From an uncultured Chloroflexia bacterium (GTDB lineage Bacteria; Chloroflexota; Dormibacteria; Aeolococcales; Aeolococcaceae): a DNA stretch of 64,000 bases. A program made the translations under genes and the position numbers. The DNA lies in the NCBI GenBank assembly GCA_963793875.1, contig CAWCBS010000007.1, positions 23,489 through 87,488 of the forward strand. The letters are read 5' to 3'. The notes under the pieces were generated by a model. It was given only the letters and a program-made list of their open reading frames with translations. It was not told the DNA's origin and did no database searches. Positions 1 to 8,994 of the stretch are shown one piece after another (position 1 is the stretch's first letter; each line of letters begins with the position of its first letter).

Positions 1-22
1 AGGACGGTCACTTGACCTCCCG

Positions 23-589
23 TTAGAGCGCCCGATGATCTGGAGGTGTGGCGTCCTCGCCGAGAGCCACCAGCCTCGTCTCAAGCTCGGGGTGGCCCGC
101 GAATTTGCTCACGAGCTCGGCCGGCCCGCCGATGCACGTCCAGTCGTCGTCCCACAGCGTGGATAAGAGCCAGGAGTGGTCGGCAGGGAACATCAAGTCC
201 GGCAAGGGCCCGTTCCAGAACGGCCCCGGGCCGCTTCGGCGCCAGGTGGCGGCCTGCTCCGCCCCAGCCTCGACGAGCACGTAATGCCACCCCGCGTACA
301 AGGTCACCTTCGGCGCGTCGGGGAAGACGATGTCATTGGCGCCCGTGTCGAGATAACCAAGCCACCACGACTGGTCTGCTGACTGCTCGCCAAGCAGGGC
401 CAGAATGGCCCGGTCATGCCTGTCCCACGCTTCAGCGTCGTGCGGGAGCACCACCGTGGCATAGGCCTCGAACGTGGGCGGGATGGCGGCGGTGATGGTC
501 CGGCCTTCGGATGTTCCGCTGGCGATCCACGCGACCTCGACGTCTGTCCCGATACGCCAGGCACCGTCGTCCCGGCTCCGCCTGACCAT
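23..589 (-). CDS. hypothetical protein
   Basis: 188-aa open ORF with a coherent Trp-rich protein sequence; no family recognised. Confidence 0.5.
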   Translation of the reverse strand: MVRRSRDDGAWRIGTDVEVAWIASGTSEGRTITAAIPPTFEAYATVVLPHDAEAWDRHDRAILALLGEQSADQSWWLGYLDTGANDIVFPDAPKVTLYAGWHYVLVEAGAEQAATWRRSGPGPFWNGPLPDLMFPADHSWLLSTLWDDDWTCIGGPAELVSKFAGHPELETRLVALGEDATPPDHRAL

Positions 590-799
590 GCCTCCAGCTT
601 AGATGCTGTCAGCCATGGCCCGAGAATCCCTGTAGCCTTCCCGGAGAGTCCATCGCGTCCGATCGGATCGAAGCGCCTGATACAAGTGAGGTTGCATAAC
701 ACTGAGCTGGCCCAGACTGACCACGCCAGGGTGCCCCCGGGGTGTCCGGTCGTCGGGCCAGATGCTGCTAGCAGAACCCCGCGGGGAACGGCCAGAGAC

Positions 800-930
800 C
801 TTTCTATCCCAACCACTTCCTAACGTGGCAGGCGGCCGGTGCTTTGCACCTTCATTCACGAGGCAGATGGTGCAAATGAATTCGCAAGGTACTATGCGAT
901 CGCCTAATCAATAGACTGGCCGCCTTCTAG
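800..930 (+). repeat. Dispersed repeat copy 1 (CTTTCTATCCC...CCGCCTTCTAG)
   Basis: Near-identical to copies at 4288, 5417 and 8683; interrupted at its 3' end by the IS1380-family element. Confidence 0.85.
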
Positions 931-2586
931 CCTCGATCTTTCAGTAAGGGCCGCCGACAGCGGTGGATGACGGATCGGAGGCGATCACCGGCAGGTGTTG
1001 GAAGAGCCAGGCCTGCCGATGACGAGGATCGGCGTGGTCGGGTGCGGCCACGACGGGACGGCAGCGGTGTGGGCGGAGAACATAGCCGCTGGTGGGGTCG
1101 CCGAAGAGCTCGGCCGGGGAAGCGTGCGGAGTCGGGGTCAGGCGGCGGGGAGGGAGCGCATTCGCTCGAACGCTGAACCGAGCAGCCCCGCCCAGGGCCA
1201 GCAGCGCTGCCGACGCAGGTACAGCCGTCGCCCACTCCGGGCCAGGCGGGCAGCGACGTGGAAGAGGCAGTAGCGGAGGCGCTTCGGTTCCCAGTGGGCG
1301 GCCTCGCCGGTGAGGCAGAGGCGCTGTGTCCAGGCGACCAGGTCCTGGGCGACCAGCACCAGTTCGAGCCAGACCTCGTTGGCCGCGAAGTCGCGGAAGG
1401 GCAGGTTGCGCAGCCCCGATGCCTTGCCGCAGCGGATGCGGTCCTCGACCCGGGCGTGGGCGCGGTGACGCGCCTCCAGGGCCGCCAGATCGGGGTCAGC
1501 CTGGTCGGTGATGAACACCTGAAAGCGAAACCCGTCGTGGTCGGTGAAGGAGAGTTGAGCGCCGGGATGGGGCCGCTCCCGCCGGCAGATGGCCCGAGTG
1601 GCGGTGGGCCAGGCGCTGAGGTCGAGATCGTGCAGCTCGCCGACGGCGGCACCGTCACGGGGGTCGCCGTCCTGGGTGATGGCGGGCACCCAGGCGTCCG
1701 GGGAAAGCGCAAGCACGGCCTCCCGAACCGGCTCGGTGAGGTCGAAGCCGACGGAGAAGAGCAGGCCGCGCTCCCGCAGGGCATCGAGGAAGTCGTGGGT
1801 GGCACCGGCGGAGTCCGCACGGGCCAGCATCGGCGGATCGTTCTCAGCCCGCGGCGGGAGCTGCCCGAGCGCGGCGTCGAGGACCCGGATGTGATCGCCG
1901 GCGTGGTTGGCGCCGGCATTGCCGGGACGGAGCAGCCCGGCGACGATCTCGTCGGTCTCGCCGACGCTGCAGAGCAGCGGATGGAAGCCGAAGCCGCGCT
2001 TGTACGTCCCGGCGGCGCCCTGCTTGTCCGAGTGGGCGGTGACCAGGGTGGCGTCGAAGTCGAGGGTGACGTGATCCGGACGGACGCCGTGCTTCCAAGC
2101 GTGAGCCCGAGCCTGGGCCCGGGCCTGGCGAACCGGAGCGAGGTCGAAGTCGGTGGCGAGTGCATCGATCACCCGCCAAGCGGTGGGGACCGAGGCCACT
2201 TCCCCGAAGAGGTTCGGCTGGTTGTGCAGGACCGTCAGGTCGGAGAGGCAGTCCCCACCGTCGGCGATGCTGACAGCGAGGTCACGCAGCACCTCACCGG
2301 GGTCATGAGCGCGCCGACGCTGCTTCAGGCAGGCGAGCCCCCGGGACAGCGCCGCGGTCAGCCCGACCCGGTCGGCCAACTCGACCAGAAGGTAGCTGCC
2401 GGCGTGAGAAACCACCCCGTCGCCGTCCGTCGTCACCACCGGTCGCGGCCGCTTGGTACCCTTCATCTTGAAAGTGCCCCCCTCTTCGGGATCCTCGAGC
2501 GTTCAGCAACCCGAGTATCCCTTGTCAGGTGGGGCACTTTCTCGTTCCCGCCCCAGCGGGCCAGCTACCTCAATGAAAGATCGAGG
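931..2586 (-). mobile_element. IS1380-family insertion sequence (1656 bp)
   Basis: Terminal inverted repeats CCTCGATCTTTCA / TGAAAGATCGAGG, flanking 4-bp CTAG duplication (927-930 and 2587-2590), transposase inside. Confidence 0.88.
1138..2466 (-). CDS. IS1380-family transposase
   Basis: 442-aa ORF with DDE transposase-like sequence (DFDATLVTAHSDKQGAAGTYKRGFGFHPLL...); lies between matched IRs. Confidence 0.85.
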   Translation of the reverse strand: MKGTKRPRPVVTTDGDGVVSHAGSYLLVELADRVGLTAALSRGLACLKQRRRAHDPGEVLRDLAVSIADGGDCLSDLTVLHNQPNLFGEVASVPTAWRVIDALATDFDLAPVRQARAQARAHAWKHGVRPDHVTLDFDATLVTAHSDKQGAAGTYKRGFGFHPLLCSVGETDEIVAGLLRPGNAGANHAGDHIRVLDAALGQLPPRAENDPPMLARADSAGATHDFLDALRERGLLFSVGFDLTEPVREAVLALSPDAWVPAITQDGDPRDGAAVGELHDLDLSAWPTATRAICRRERPHPGAQLSFTDHDGFRFQVFITDQADPDLAALEARHRAHARVEDRIRCGKASGLRNLPFRDFAANEVWLELVLVAQDLVAWTQRLCLTGEAAHWEPKRLRYCLFHVAARLARSGRRLYLRRQRCWPWAGLLGSAFERMRSLPAA

Positions 2587-3354
2587 CTAGGCAGGCACCA
2601 CCTCCACCAATTGAACATCAGCGAAGCACCAGCGCAGCCAGAAGGTGCTCTCCACATCCCAGTGCATCGTCGCCAGACTACGATCGTGATCCGCTAGGCA
2701 AAGACCCTGCACCGCTGCGATTGCGGTGGCTGTCACGTGCACCCCCTCGTAATCCTGCGATGCGGCGATCCAGTTGGGAAAGATAAGGCCATCCAGCTCC
2801 GTCGCATAAGAATGGACAAAGTCCATCCAGTCAGATGCCGTCGCCACCTCACGTATCCTTGCCCTCGAATCCACTCCGACGGACCAAACATGCCAGGGTC
2901 GCGAGTCGATGCCATACAGATCGAGATACACTCGCCACATCCCTTGGGCCCCGAGAACGCCGCTGCAAGTGAACAATCCGACCCGGAAGGGCTTCGTGCT
3001 CGGCTTCCCCGCCAGTTTGCCCACAGGGGTGAAGTGCTCCTCTGCCAAGATGGGAACTCCGGGTGCCAAATGAGCGGGTCTCCTCCGGGAGATCCAGTAC
3101 TGGCCATCACGCCACAAGGGGCCGGTGACCACATGGGGAGATGAACGTCGGAGGTGGCGCAGAAGACGGCATCGCGCTAGACATTGGTCGGCATCGGCGG
3201 GCGCCACCGTTAGCATGTCAGAGGGGTTCCGGGGGTCCGCGCTCGTCGCACCGACCATGACGTCGATAAACCGCGCTATGTCTCCGTTGGGGGGGGGCAC
3301 ACCCTGGGCGTCGAATGCCTCCATCCTGCGCAGGAGGTAAGCGATGCCGTCCAC
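2587..3354 (-). CDS. hypothetical protein
   Basis: 255-aa ORF; its stop codon lies in the CTAG duplication of the adjacent IS. Confidence 0.5.
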   Translation of the reverse strand: MDGIAYLLRRMEAFDAQGVPPPNGDIARFIDVMVGATSADPRNPSDMLTVAPADADQCLARCRLLRHLRRSSPHVVTGPLWRDGQYWISRRRPAHLAPGVPILAEEHFTPVGKLAGKPSTKPFRVGLFTCSGVLGAQGMWRVYLDLYGIDSRPWHVWSVGVDSRARIREVATASDWMDFVHSYATELDGLIFPNWIAASQDYEGVHVTATAIAAVQGLCLADHDRSLATMHWDVESTFWLRWCFADVQLVEVVPA

Positions 3355-3393
3355 GGGCTTACCCGCCCCCCAATGACTACTTACTCTGTCAAC

Positions 3394-3984
3394 TCAGCAC
3401 TGAATGAAGATGTAGGGGCTTTGAACCTCGGCAAACTGCGGATTCGGTTCGTATCCAGGCGGGAACGTGTTGGTTATCGAAGTGAACGCGTCCCACACAT
3501 CCGCAGTTGGTGTCGGGCAAGGCGCCACGGCAGTACCATTCTTGTTCGCGGTACCGTAGCTTGTTGACGGCTGGGGTCCGTACAACGTGCCAGCTGTCTC
3601 GTCGTACAGGTACATGTCAATGGCGATGTTCGCCATGGGAGCTGAACACGTCTCTCGAAACAGGGCATCGACAGTATCAGGCACGTGATAGGACGCATGG
3701 GGGTACATCTGTTGCGCGTTGCACGTGATGATGTTATCAGCCGCGGCGAGCCCTGTCGCGGGGCTCGTCGATCGTGTTGCGGTGAAGGTGAGCGCGGAGG
3801 GAAGTCCCTGGGGTATCAGCGGGTCTCCGGGGGCCAGCGGGGATATCGACGCACCAGTCGACGGAGGGGCAGCTGCAGCCGGGGCTGCCAAGACGACGCC
3901 CGTGAATGAGAGCAACAACAGCATGCCCAAGAGTGCCTGGCTCAGTTTCGCGCGCTGTCTCACCATGGTCCGTCTCCTTGGCAC
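3394..3984 (-). CDS. putative secreted hypothetical protein
   Basis: 196 aa with N-terminal signal peptide-like segment (LSQALLGMLLLLSFTGVVLAAPAAAAP). Confidence 0.5.
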   Translation of the reverse strand: MPRRRTMVRQRAKLSQALLGMLLLLSFTGVVLAAPAAAAPPSTGASISPLAPGDPLIPQGLPSALTFTATRSTSPATGLAAADNIITCNAQQMYPHASYHVPDTVDALFRETCSAPMANIAIDMYLYDETAGTLYGPQPSTSYGTANKNGTAVAPCPTPTADVWDAFTSITNTFPPGYEPNPQFAEVQSPYIFIQC

Positions 3985-4083
3985 GGTTCCCTGTCGCTGA
4001 CATGGGGAAGCGACAGTCTAGGTGGCGGCGTCCAGCCGAAACCGGAGCGGACCTAAAGTACCACAGCTTACCTAACGTGTCTA

Positions 4084-4222
4084 GTAGGGGCCAGCGTCTA
4101 CAGCGTCTATCTCGGCTTCGAGGACGCGATGACCGGCCGCTGGGTGGGGGACGACCAAACGATCTGGACCACGACCGACGGCGGGAACACCTGGACGGCG
4201 CGGACGTTCGCGATCGGGTAGG
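4084..4222 (+). pseudogene. C-terminal fragment of a BNR/Ycf48-like repeat protein
   Basis: Frame reads ...VYLGFEDAMTGRWVGDDQTIWTTTDGGNTWTARTFAIG*; no N-terminus nearby. Confidence 0.4.
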
Positions 4223-4287
4223 TGGCGATCCCCAGGCACCGGCAGCGGTTGCCCTAGCCCGAAAGCGCCCGCGCAGAGCCCGGAAAC

Positions 4288-4394
4288 CTTTCTATCCCAA
4301 CCACTTCCTAACGTGGCAGGCGGCCGCTGCTTTGCAGCTTCATTGACGAGGCAGATGATGTACCTGAATTCGCGAGGTACTAAGCGACCGCCTT
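4288..4394 (+). repeat. Dispersed repeat copy 2
   Basis: CTTTCTATCCCAACCACTTCCTAACGTGGCAGGCGGCCG...GAGGTACTAAGCGACCGCCTT, matches copies 1, 3 and 4; abuts truncated MFS gene. Confidence 0.85.
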
Positions 4395-5295
4395 CGACGT
4401 GCTGGGCGCCGTGACCTCGACCGGCGGTGTCACCTCTCTTGCCTACGGGTTCGTGCGGGCGGCGAGCAACGGCTGGGGCGACGTGCTGACCATCGGCGCG
4501 TTCGCGGTCGGCATGGTGCTGCTCGGCCTGTTCATCACCATCGAGAGGCGCGCCGCGGAGCCGATCACACCGCTGCAACTCTTTGCCGACCGCAGCCGCA
4601 ACGCCTCGTACGTGGCGCGGCTCTTCCTCGTGGCCGGCATGTTCGGGATGTTCTTCTTCCTCACGCAGTTCCTCCAGGACGTGCTCGGGTACGACCCACT
4701 CCAGACCGGCCTGGCCTTCCTGCCCTTCAGCGTGGCGCTCTTCGTCATGTCCCAGCTCAGCGCGCGGCGGTTGATCGAGCGCTTCGGCGGCAAGCCGCTG
4801 ATGGTGGCGGGCATCAGCCTCTCGACCCTCGCGATGCTCCTCATGACGCAGCTGTCGGCATCCAGCACCTATCTCTTCGTGCTGATCCCTGTGCTGCTGT
4901 TCGGGACCGGCAACGGGCTCGCGTTCGTGCCTCTGACGAGCGCCTCCCTGGCCGGGGTGCGCCGGGGGGACGCCGGCGCGGCGTCGGGGCTGGTCAACGT
5001 GATGCAGCAGATGGGCGGTGCGCTGGGTCTCGCGGTGCTGGTGTCGGTGTTCGGCTCGGCCGGCCACGTGATCGCGGGTCAGTCGGCGGCAAACGCGCGG
5101 GCCGCGTTCGTGGTCGGCGCAGACCACGCTTTCATCGCTTCCACGCTGTTCGTCGGTGCGACGGTGCTCGTACTGGCGGTGGCGATTCGCGGGCGGCGCG
5201 CGACCGCCCGCGCCGCCGCGGCCGCTGTTGTCGAGCCGGAGTGGGTGCGCGAGCTGGGTCCTGCTGCGGCGGTGCCGGAGGCCGCTGAGGCCTGA
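4387..5295 (+). pseudogene. DHA2-type MFS transporter, 5'-truncated
   Basis: ~300 aa corresponding to the C-terminal TM half (DVLGAVTSTGGVTSLAYGFV...); 5' coding part absent and replaced by repeat copy 2. Confidence 0.75.
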
Positions 5296-5416
5296 TCGCT
5301 GCCGATGGGCGGCTGGCCCGGCCAACCGGCAGAGCCCGGGGGTAGGATCGGGTGGTGGCGACGATCCTCGTCTACCTTGTGGCCGGGCTGGTCGCCCTCT
5401 GGGGACGGCCAGAAAC

Positions 5417-5547
5417 CTTTCTATCCCATCTACTTCCTAACGTGGCAGGCGGCCGGTGCTTTGCAGCTTCATTGGCGAGGCAGATGGTGCATCTGAATTC
5501 GCGAGGTACTAAGCAACCGCCTAATCAATAGGCCAGCCGCCTTCTAA
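5417..5547 (+). repeat. Dispersed repeat copy 3
   Basis: CTTTCTATCCCATCTACTTCC...TAATCAATAGGCCAGCCGCCTTCTAA; matches copy 4 almost exactly. Confidence 0.88.
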
Positions 5548-5583
5548 GCGCGCAGGTCGCAGGTTCGAGTCCTGCAGGGGGTA
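5536..5583 (+). pseudogene. tRNA-Arg(TCT)-like 3' half
   Basis: CCGCCTTCTAAGCGCGCAGGTCGCAGGTTCGAGTCCTGCAGGGGGT: anticodon loop CTTCTAA, perfect T arm GCAGG/TTCGAGT/CCTGC, no 5' half. Confidence 0.6.
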
Positions 5584-5812
5584 GTGCTCCGGTGTATGGA
5601 TCCGCATTCCAGACACTGCCATCGAGGCCGTGAAGATCCCGGAGGTGTCGTCAGCATCCACCTTGGGCGACGCAGTTGGGGTCCCCGAGAAGTCGCCTGA
5701 TAGCGGCGTCGGCCGTTGGGCGGCCAGGCACGGGCTGCTGAGTGACCACGGCCTCATTCATCGCTATGAGATTACCGATCGGCCACCCTGGGCCGGGGTC
5801 GCGTGCGCTACG

Positions 5813-6124
5813 TCAAGCAGCCTTGCGAGGTGGCCTCGCCGCAACCTGCAGACGCACTCCGACTGCGGCTGCGAACCGCGCCACGGTGGAGATACGGGCG
5901 TCCAGCGCTCCGCCCTCCATCCGGGCCACCGCGGACTCCGAGGTCCCCATCCGAGCCGCTACGGCTGCGCGGCTCAGCCCCGCCGCCTTCCGCGCCGCCT
6001 TGAGTCGGGTCATGATCGCCAGCCGCTCCTCGGCAGCAGCCAGGGCAACCGGAAACTCCGGGTCCGTCGCCGACCAGTCGGCGATCAGAGCCTCGAGGTC
6101 GTCGCGCTCGTCGTCGTTGCGCAT
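5813..6124 (-). CDS. XRE-family helix-turn-helix protein, probable antitoxin (HigA-like)
   Basis: ITRLKAARKAAGLSRAAVAARMGTSESAVARMEGG HTH core; an alternative start is at 6157. Confidence 0.8.
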   Translation of the reverse strand: MRNDDERDDLEALIADWSATDPEFPVALAAAEERLAIMTRLKAARKAAGLSRAAVAARMGTSESAVARMEGGALDARISTVARFAAAVGVRLQVAARPPRKAA

Positions 6125-6166
6125 GATCTCATTCCTACCTAATTGAGCATACCTCATCTGGTCTGC

Positions 6167-6409
6167 TCACCCTTGCTGGTCACGCGCCCGCCACTCGGCC
6201 AGGCGCCGCTCGGCCAGCCGGCTCGCCTCCGGCGGGGTCCGCTGCGTCTTCTTGTGCAGGGCCTCCAGGGCGAGCAGGACCCGCCCCCGCCCCTCCTGCG
6301 CGAAGAGCACCCGGAAGCTCTGGCGATCACCCTCCCCCCGCACCTCGTGGATCTCCCCCGGAGGTGGCGAGCTGCGGTCACGCCCTCCCGCACCACCCTG
6401 GCGAAGGCA
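6167..6409 (-). pseudogene. HigB/Gp49-like toxin, probably 5'-truncated
   Basis: Minus-strand frame reads GEIHEVRGEGDRQSFRVLFAQEGRGRVLLALEALHKKTQRTPPEASRLAERRLAEWRARDQQG*; the N-terminal half of the family is not found upstream. Confidence 0.65.
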
Positions 6410-6471
6410 AGTTAGTGAGAGTCATTCACGCTCGCGTGCTAAGGTTGAATAAGCGACCGAGTTGTTCAAGG

Positions 6472-7782
6472 ATGACGCTGATGCCCGAGTACGTCAATCG
6501 GATCTGGGAGCCGCCGAGTGAGACCGGGGCGATCCTGCCCCGTCGGGACCGAGTGAGCGTTCGGTTCCGCGCGTTCGTCCCGGACCCAATTGCGGATCTG
6601 GACGTGCGGACCTCCGCGGAGACCGGAGGGGCGCTCGAGGCAGCGGAAGAGGCGATCCGCCGGCTGGACGGGCAAGCTCGGCAGGTGGCGCCGCTGGAGG
6701 CGCTGTCACGCCTTCTCCTCCGCGCCGAGGGCATCAGCTCGTCGCGCATCGAGGGCTTGGTCGTCGGGCACCGGCAGCTTGCCGAGGCTCTCTTCGACCC
6801 GGTACATTCGCGCGCGGTGGCGCGCGACGTGGTCGGGAACGTTCTGGCCATCGGGGCGGCGATCGATATCGGGGCGGGAGCTGCTCCATTCACGCCGGAG
6901 GTGCTGCTGAGCATCCACGGGACGCTGCTGGGTGCGGGCGCGAGCGGGGGTGGGCGCTTCCGCACGGTGCAGAACTGGATCGGGTCGGCGACGTCGGTGT
7001 CGCCGCGTACGGCGGAGTTCATCCCGCCACCGGAGGGCGAAGTGCCGCGGCTCGTGTCGGACCTGTGTGCGTTCCTGGCTCGGCGCGACGTCTCGCCGCT
7101 GGCCCAGGCGGCGATCGCGCACGCGCAGTTCGAGACGATCCACCCGTTCGAGGATGGGAACGGGAGGGTGGGCAGGGCCCTGATCCACGCGGTGCTGCAG
7201 CGCCGGCGCGTGGTGGAGCGCCAGGTCCCCCCGCTGAGCATCGTGCTCGCGGCTAACCCGCGGACCTACATCGGCGGGCTGACGAGCTTCCGGGAGGGCG
7301 ATCGCGAGGCGTGGCTCGGCATAGCCGCGCGAACGGCGCTGGTTGCCTGCAGAGGCACGGAGCGGTTCCTCTCGGCGGTGAGCGACTTGCAGGTCGTGTG
7401 GCTGGAGCGGGCGGGGCTACCGCGGCGCGATTCGAGTGCACGGCGGCTCATTGAGCTGCTGCCGGGGATCCCGGTGCTTGATGTGCGGCTGGCAGCTGCG
7501 GAGCTGGGCGTGTCGTTCCAGTCAGCCAACGAGGCGGTGTCCCGGCTGGAGGCTGGCGGGGTCCTGCGTCGGCACGAGGTCGGCGCCCAGCGTGACCGGC
7601 GCTGGAGCGCGCCAGAACTCTTCGAGCTGTTGGATAGCTTCCAGTGGGAGACGAGCGGCCCTGCTGTCGAGCTGGACGGCGTGGGGGAGCATCGGCCGTC
7701 TCCGCCGGGGAGCCACACGGGGCGCTGGCGTGTGAGGGGTGGGCGGGCCGGGGCGGAGGGGCACGGCTCCGCGCACCAGTGA
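6472..7782 (+). CDS. Fic family protein with N-terminal Fic_N-type region
   Basis: Fic motif HPFEDGNGRVGR; inhibitory-type motif SSRIEG near the N-terminus; the C-terminal tail may be degenerate. Confidence 0.88.
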   Translation: MTLMPEYVNRIWEPPSETGAILPRRDRVSVRFRAFVPDPIADLDVRTSAETGGALEAAEEAIRRLDGQARQVAPLEALSRLLLRAEGISSSRIEGLVVGHRQLAEALFDPVHSRAVARDVVGNVLAIGAAIDIGAGAAPFTPEVLLSIHGTLLGAGASGGGRFRTVQNWIGSATSVSPRTAEFIPPPEGEVPRLVSDLCAFLARRDVSPLAQAAIAHAQFETIHPFEDGNGRVGRALIHAVLQRRRVVERQVPPLSIVLAANPRTYIGGLTSFREGDREAWLGIAARTALVACRGTERFLSAVSDLQVVWLERAGLPRRDSSARRLIELLPGIPVLDVRLAAAELGVSFQSANEAVSRLEAGGVLRRHEVGAQRDRRWSAPELFELLDSFQWETSGPAVELDGVGEHRPSPPGSHTGRWRVRGGRAGAEGHGSAHQ

Positions 7783-7793
7783 TGGCTACCGTA

Positions 7794-8062
7794 TGCCCCT
7801 CGAGGTTGGGATCGGCCGTGACGATCTCGTCTGGCCGGCGTTGTTCCGAACTCGCCAGATCGCCTTGGGCGACGTGCAGCAACTCCGCCGCACTCGCTGG
7901 CCTCAGGGGTTCGGCGTCCTAGTGCTCGCAGGAGGCGAGCGCATGCTGGTGCGAAAGCGCAAGGATTTCGTGGAGTTCGCGGTGGAGTTGGGTCGGCTCG
8001 TCCCCACTTTGCGGATCTCCGCCTGGCTCCCTCTCCGCAGGAAAGTTGAAGAGCGGACATGA
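7794..8062 (+). CDS. hypothetical protein (PH-like sequence)
   Basis: PLEVGIGRDDLVWPALFRTRQIALGDVQQLRRTRWPQGFGVLVLAGGERMLVRKRKDFVEFAVEL...; exact start uncertain. Confidence 0.35.
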
Positions 8063-8682
8063 GAACCGAGATGTCCAGCCTTGAAGTGGCGGCGACAGTA
8101 CCCGGGCCTGGGCCAAGGTGACCTCGCCATGCCGGGTGCTCCTTGCGCCGTCCCTCCCGGCGGACAGAAAGCTCAGGCGCTTTCGCGGCCGTCTCGGGGT
8201 TGAGCGAGCACGTCCGCGTAAGTAGCCGGAGCGGAGATCATGCCCAGCGGTCGCGTCTCGGATCTCCGCCGAGTGCTAGACACTCACGGCAAAGGCGTCC
8301 ACTGCCTCTCAAGCGGCGCCGGCCGCGCCTTCCACAGAGGGTCCGCGGCCGGAGGAGGCGGCCCACCCCCCGATAGTGGATGAGGCCATCGTCGGGGTTC
8401 GCGAGCATCTCCCGGCCCCCGAAGCCGATGAATGCCACCCATGGCTGAGCTGGAACGGGCACCTCTGGTTGGTCGGGGTTCGCCCCGGATTCAGGCACCG
8501 ATACAGCGTACCGCCGGACCCTCCCCCGTCTGCCTCAAGCACCGCGCAGGGATGCCGTCGAGCTCCTCGAGGTAGCTTCAGCCATGCTCGCGTGGCCCAG
8601 GCTGACCACGCCAGAGGGTCACCGGGGTTCCCGGTCGTCAGGCCAATGCTGCCAGCAGAACTACGCGGGGACCGCTCGAGAA

Positions 8683-8812
8683 CTTTCTATCCCATCTACT
8701 TCCTAACGTGGCAGGCGGCCGGTGCTTTGCAGCTTCATTGGCGAGGCAGATGGTGCATCTGAATTCGCGAGGTACTAAGCAACCGCCTAATCAATAGACC
8801 AGCCGCCTTCTA
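8683..8812 (+). repeat. Dispersed repeat copy 4 (tail continues at 12623)
   Basis: Near-identical to copy 3; split by the IS30-family element with TA duplication. Confidence 0.88.
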
Positions 8813-8994
8813 ACAGGGGCCGGTTTCAATGTCGACGGTCACGCAATGAGGCCACTCACGGTCAGGTGATGAGGCCACTTGCGGTCACCTAATGGAGCCA
8901 CTCGCGGTCACCGAATGAGGCCACCCTCCTGACCTCATCAGACCGCCCGGTGCCACAGCGACGATGGCCGGACCGAAAGCTCAAGGAGGGAGCG

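Noticed and set aside
8376-8762. ORFs ending in ...FYPIYFLTWQAAGALQLHWRGRWCI at several loci, initially read as a shared peptide family
   Set aside because: Upstream coding parts are unrelated; the common C-terminus only reflects the DNA repeat being read in frame.
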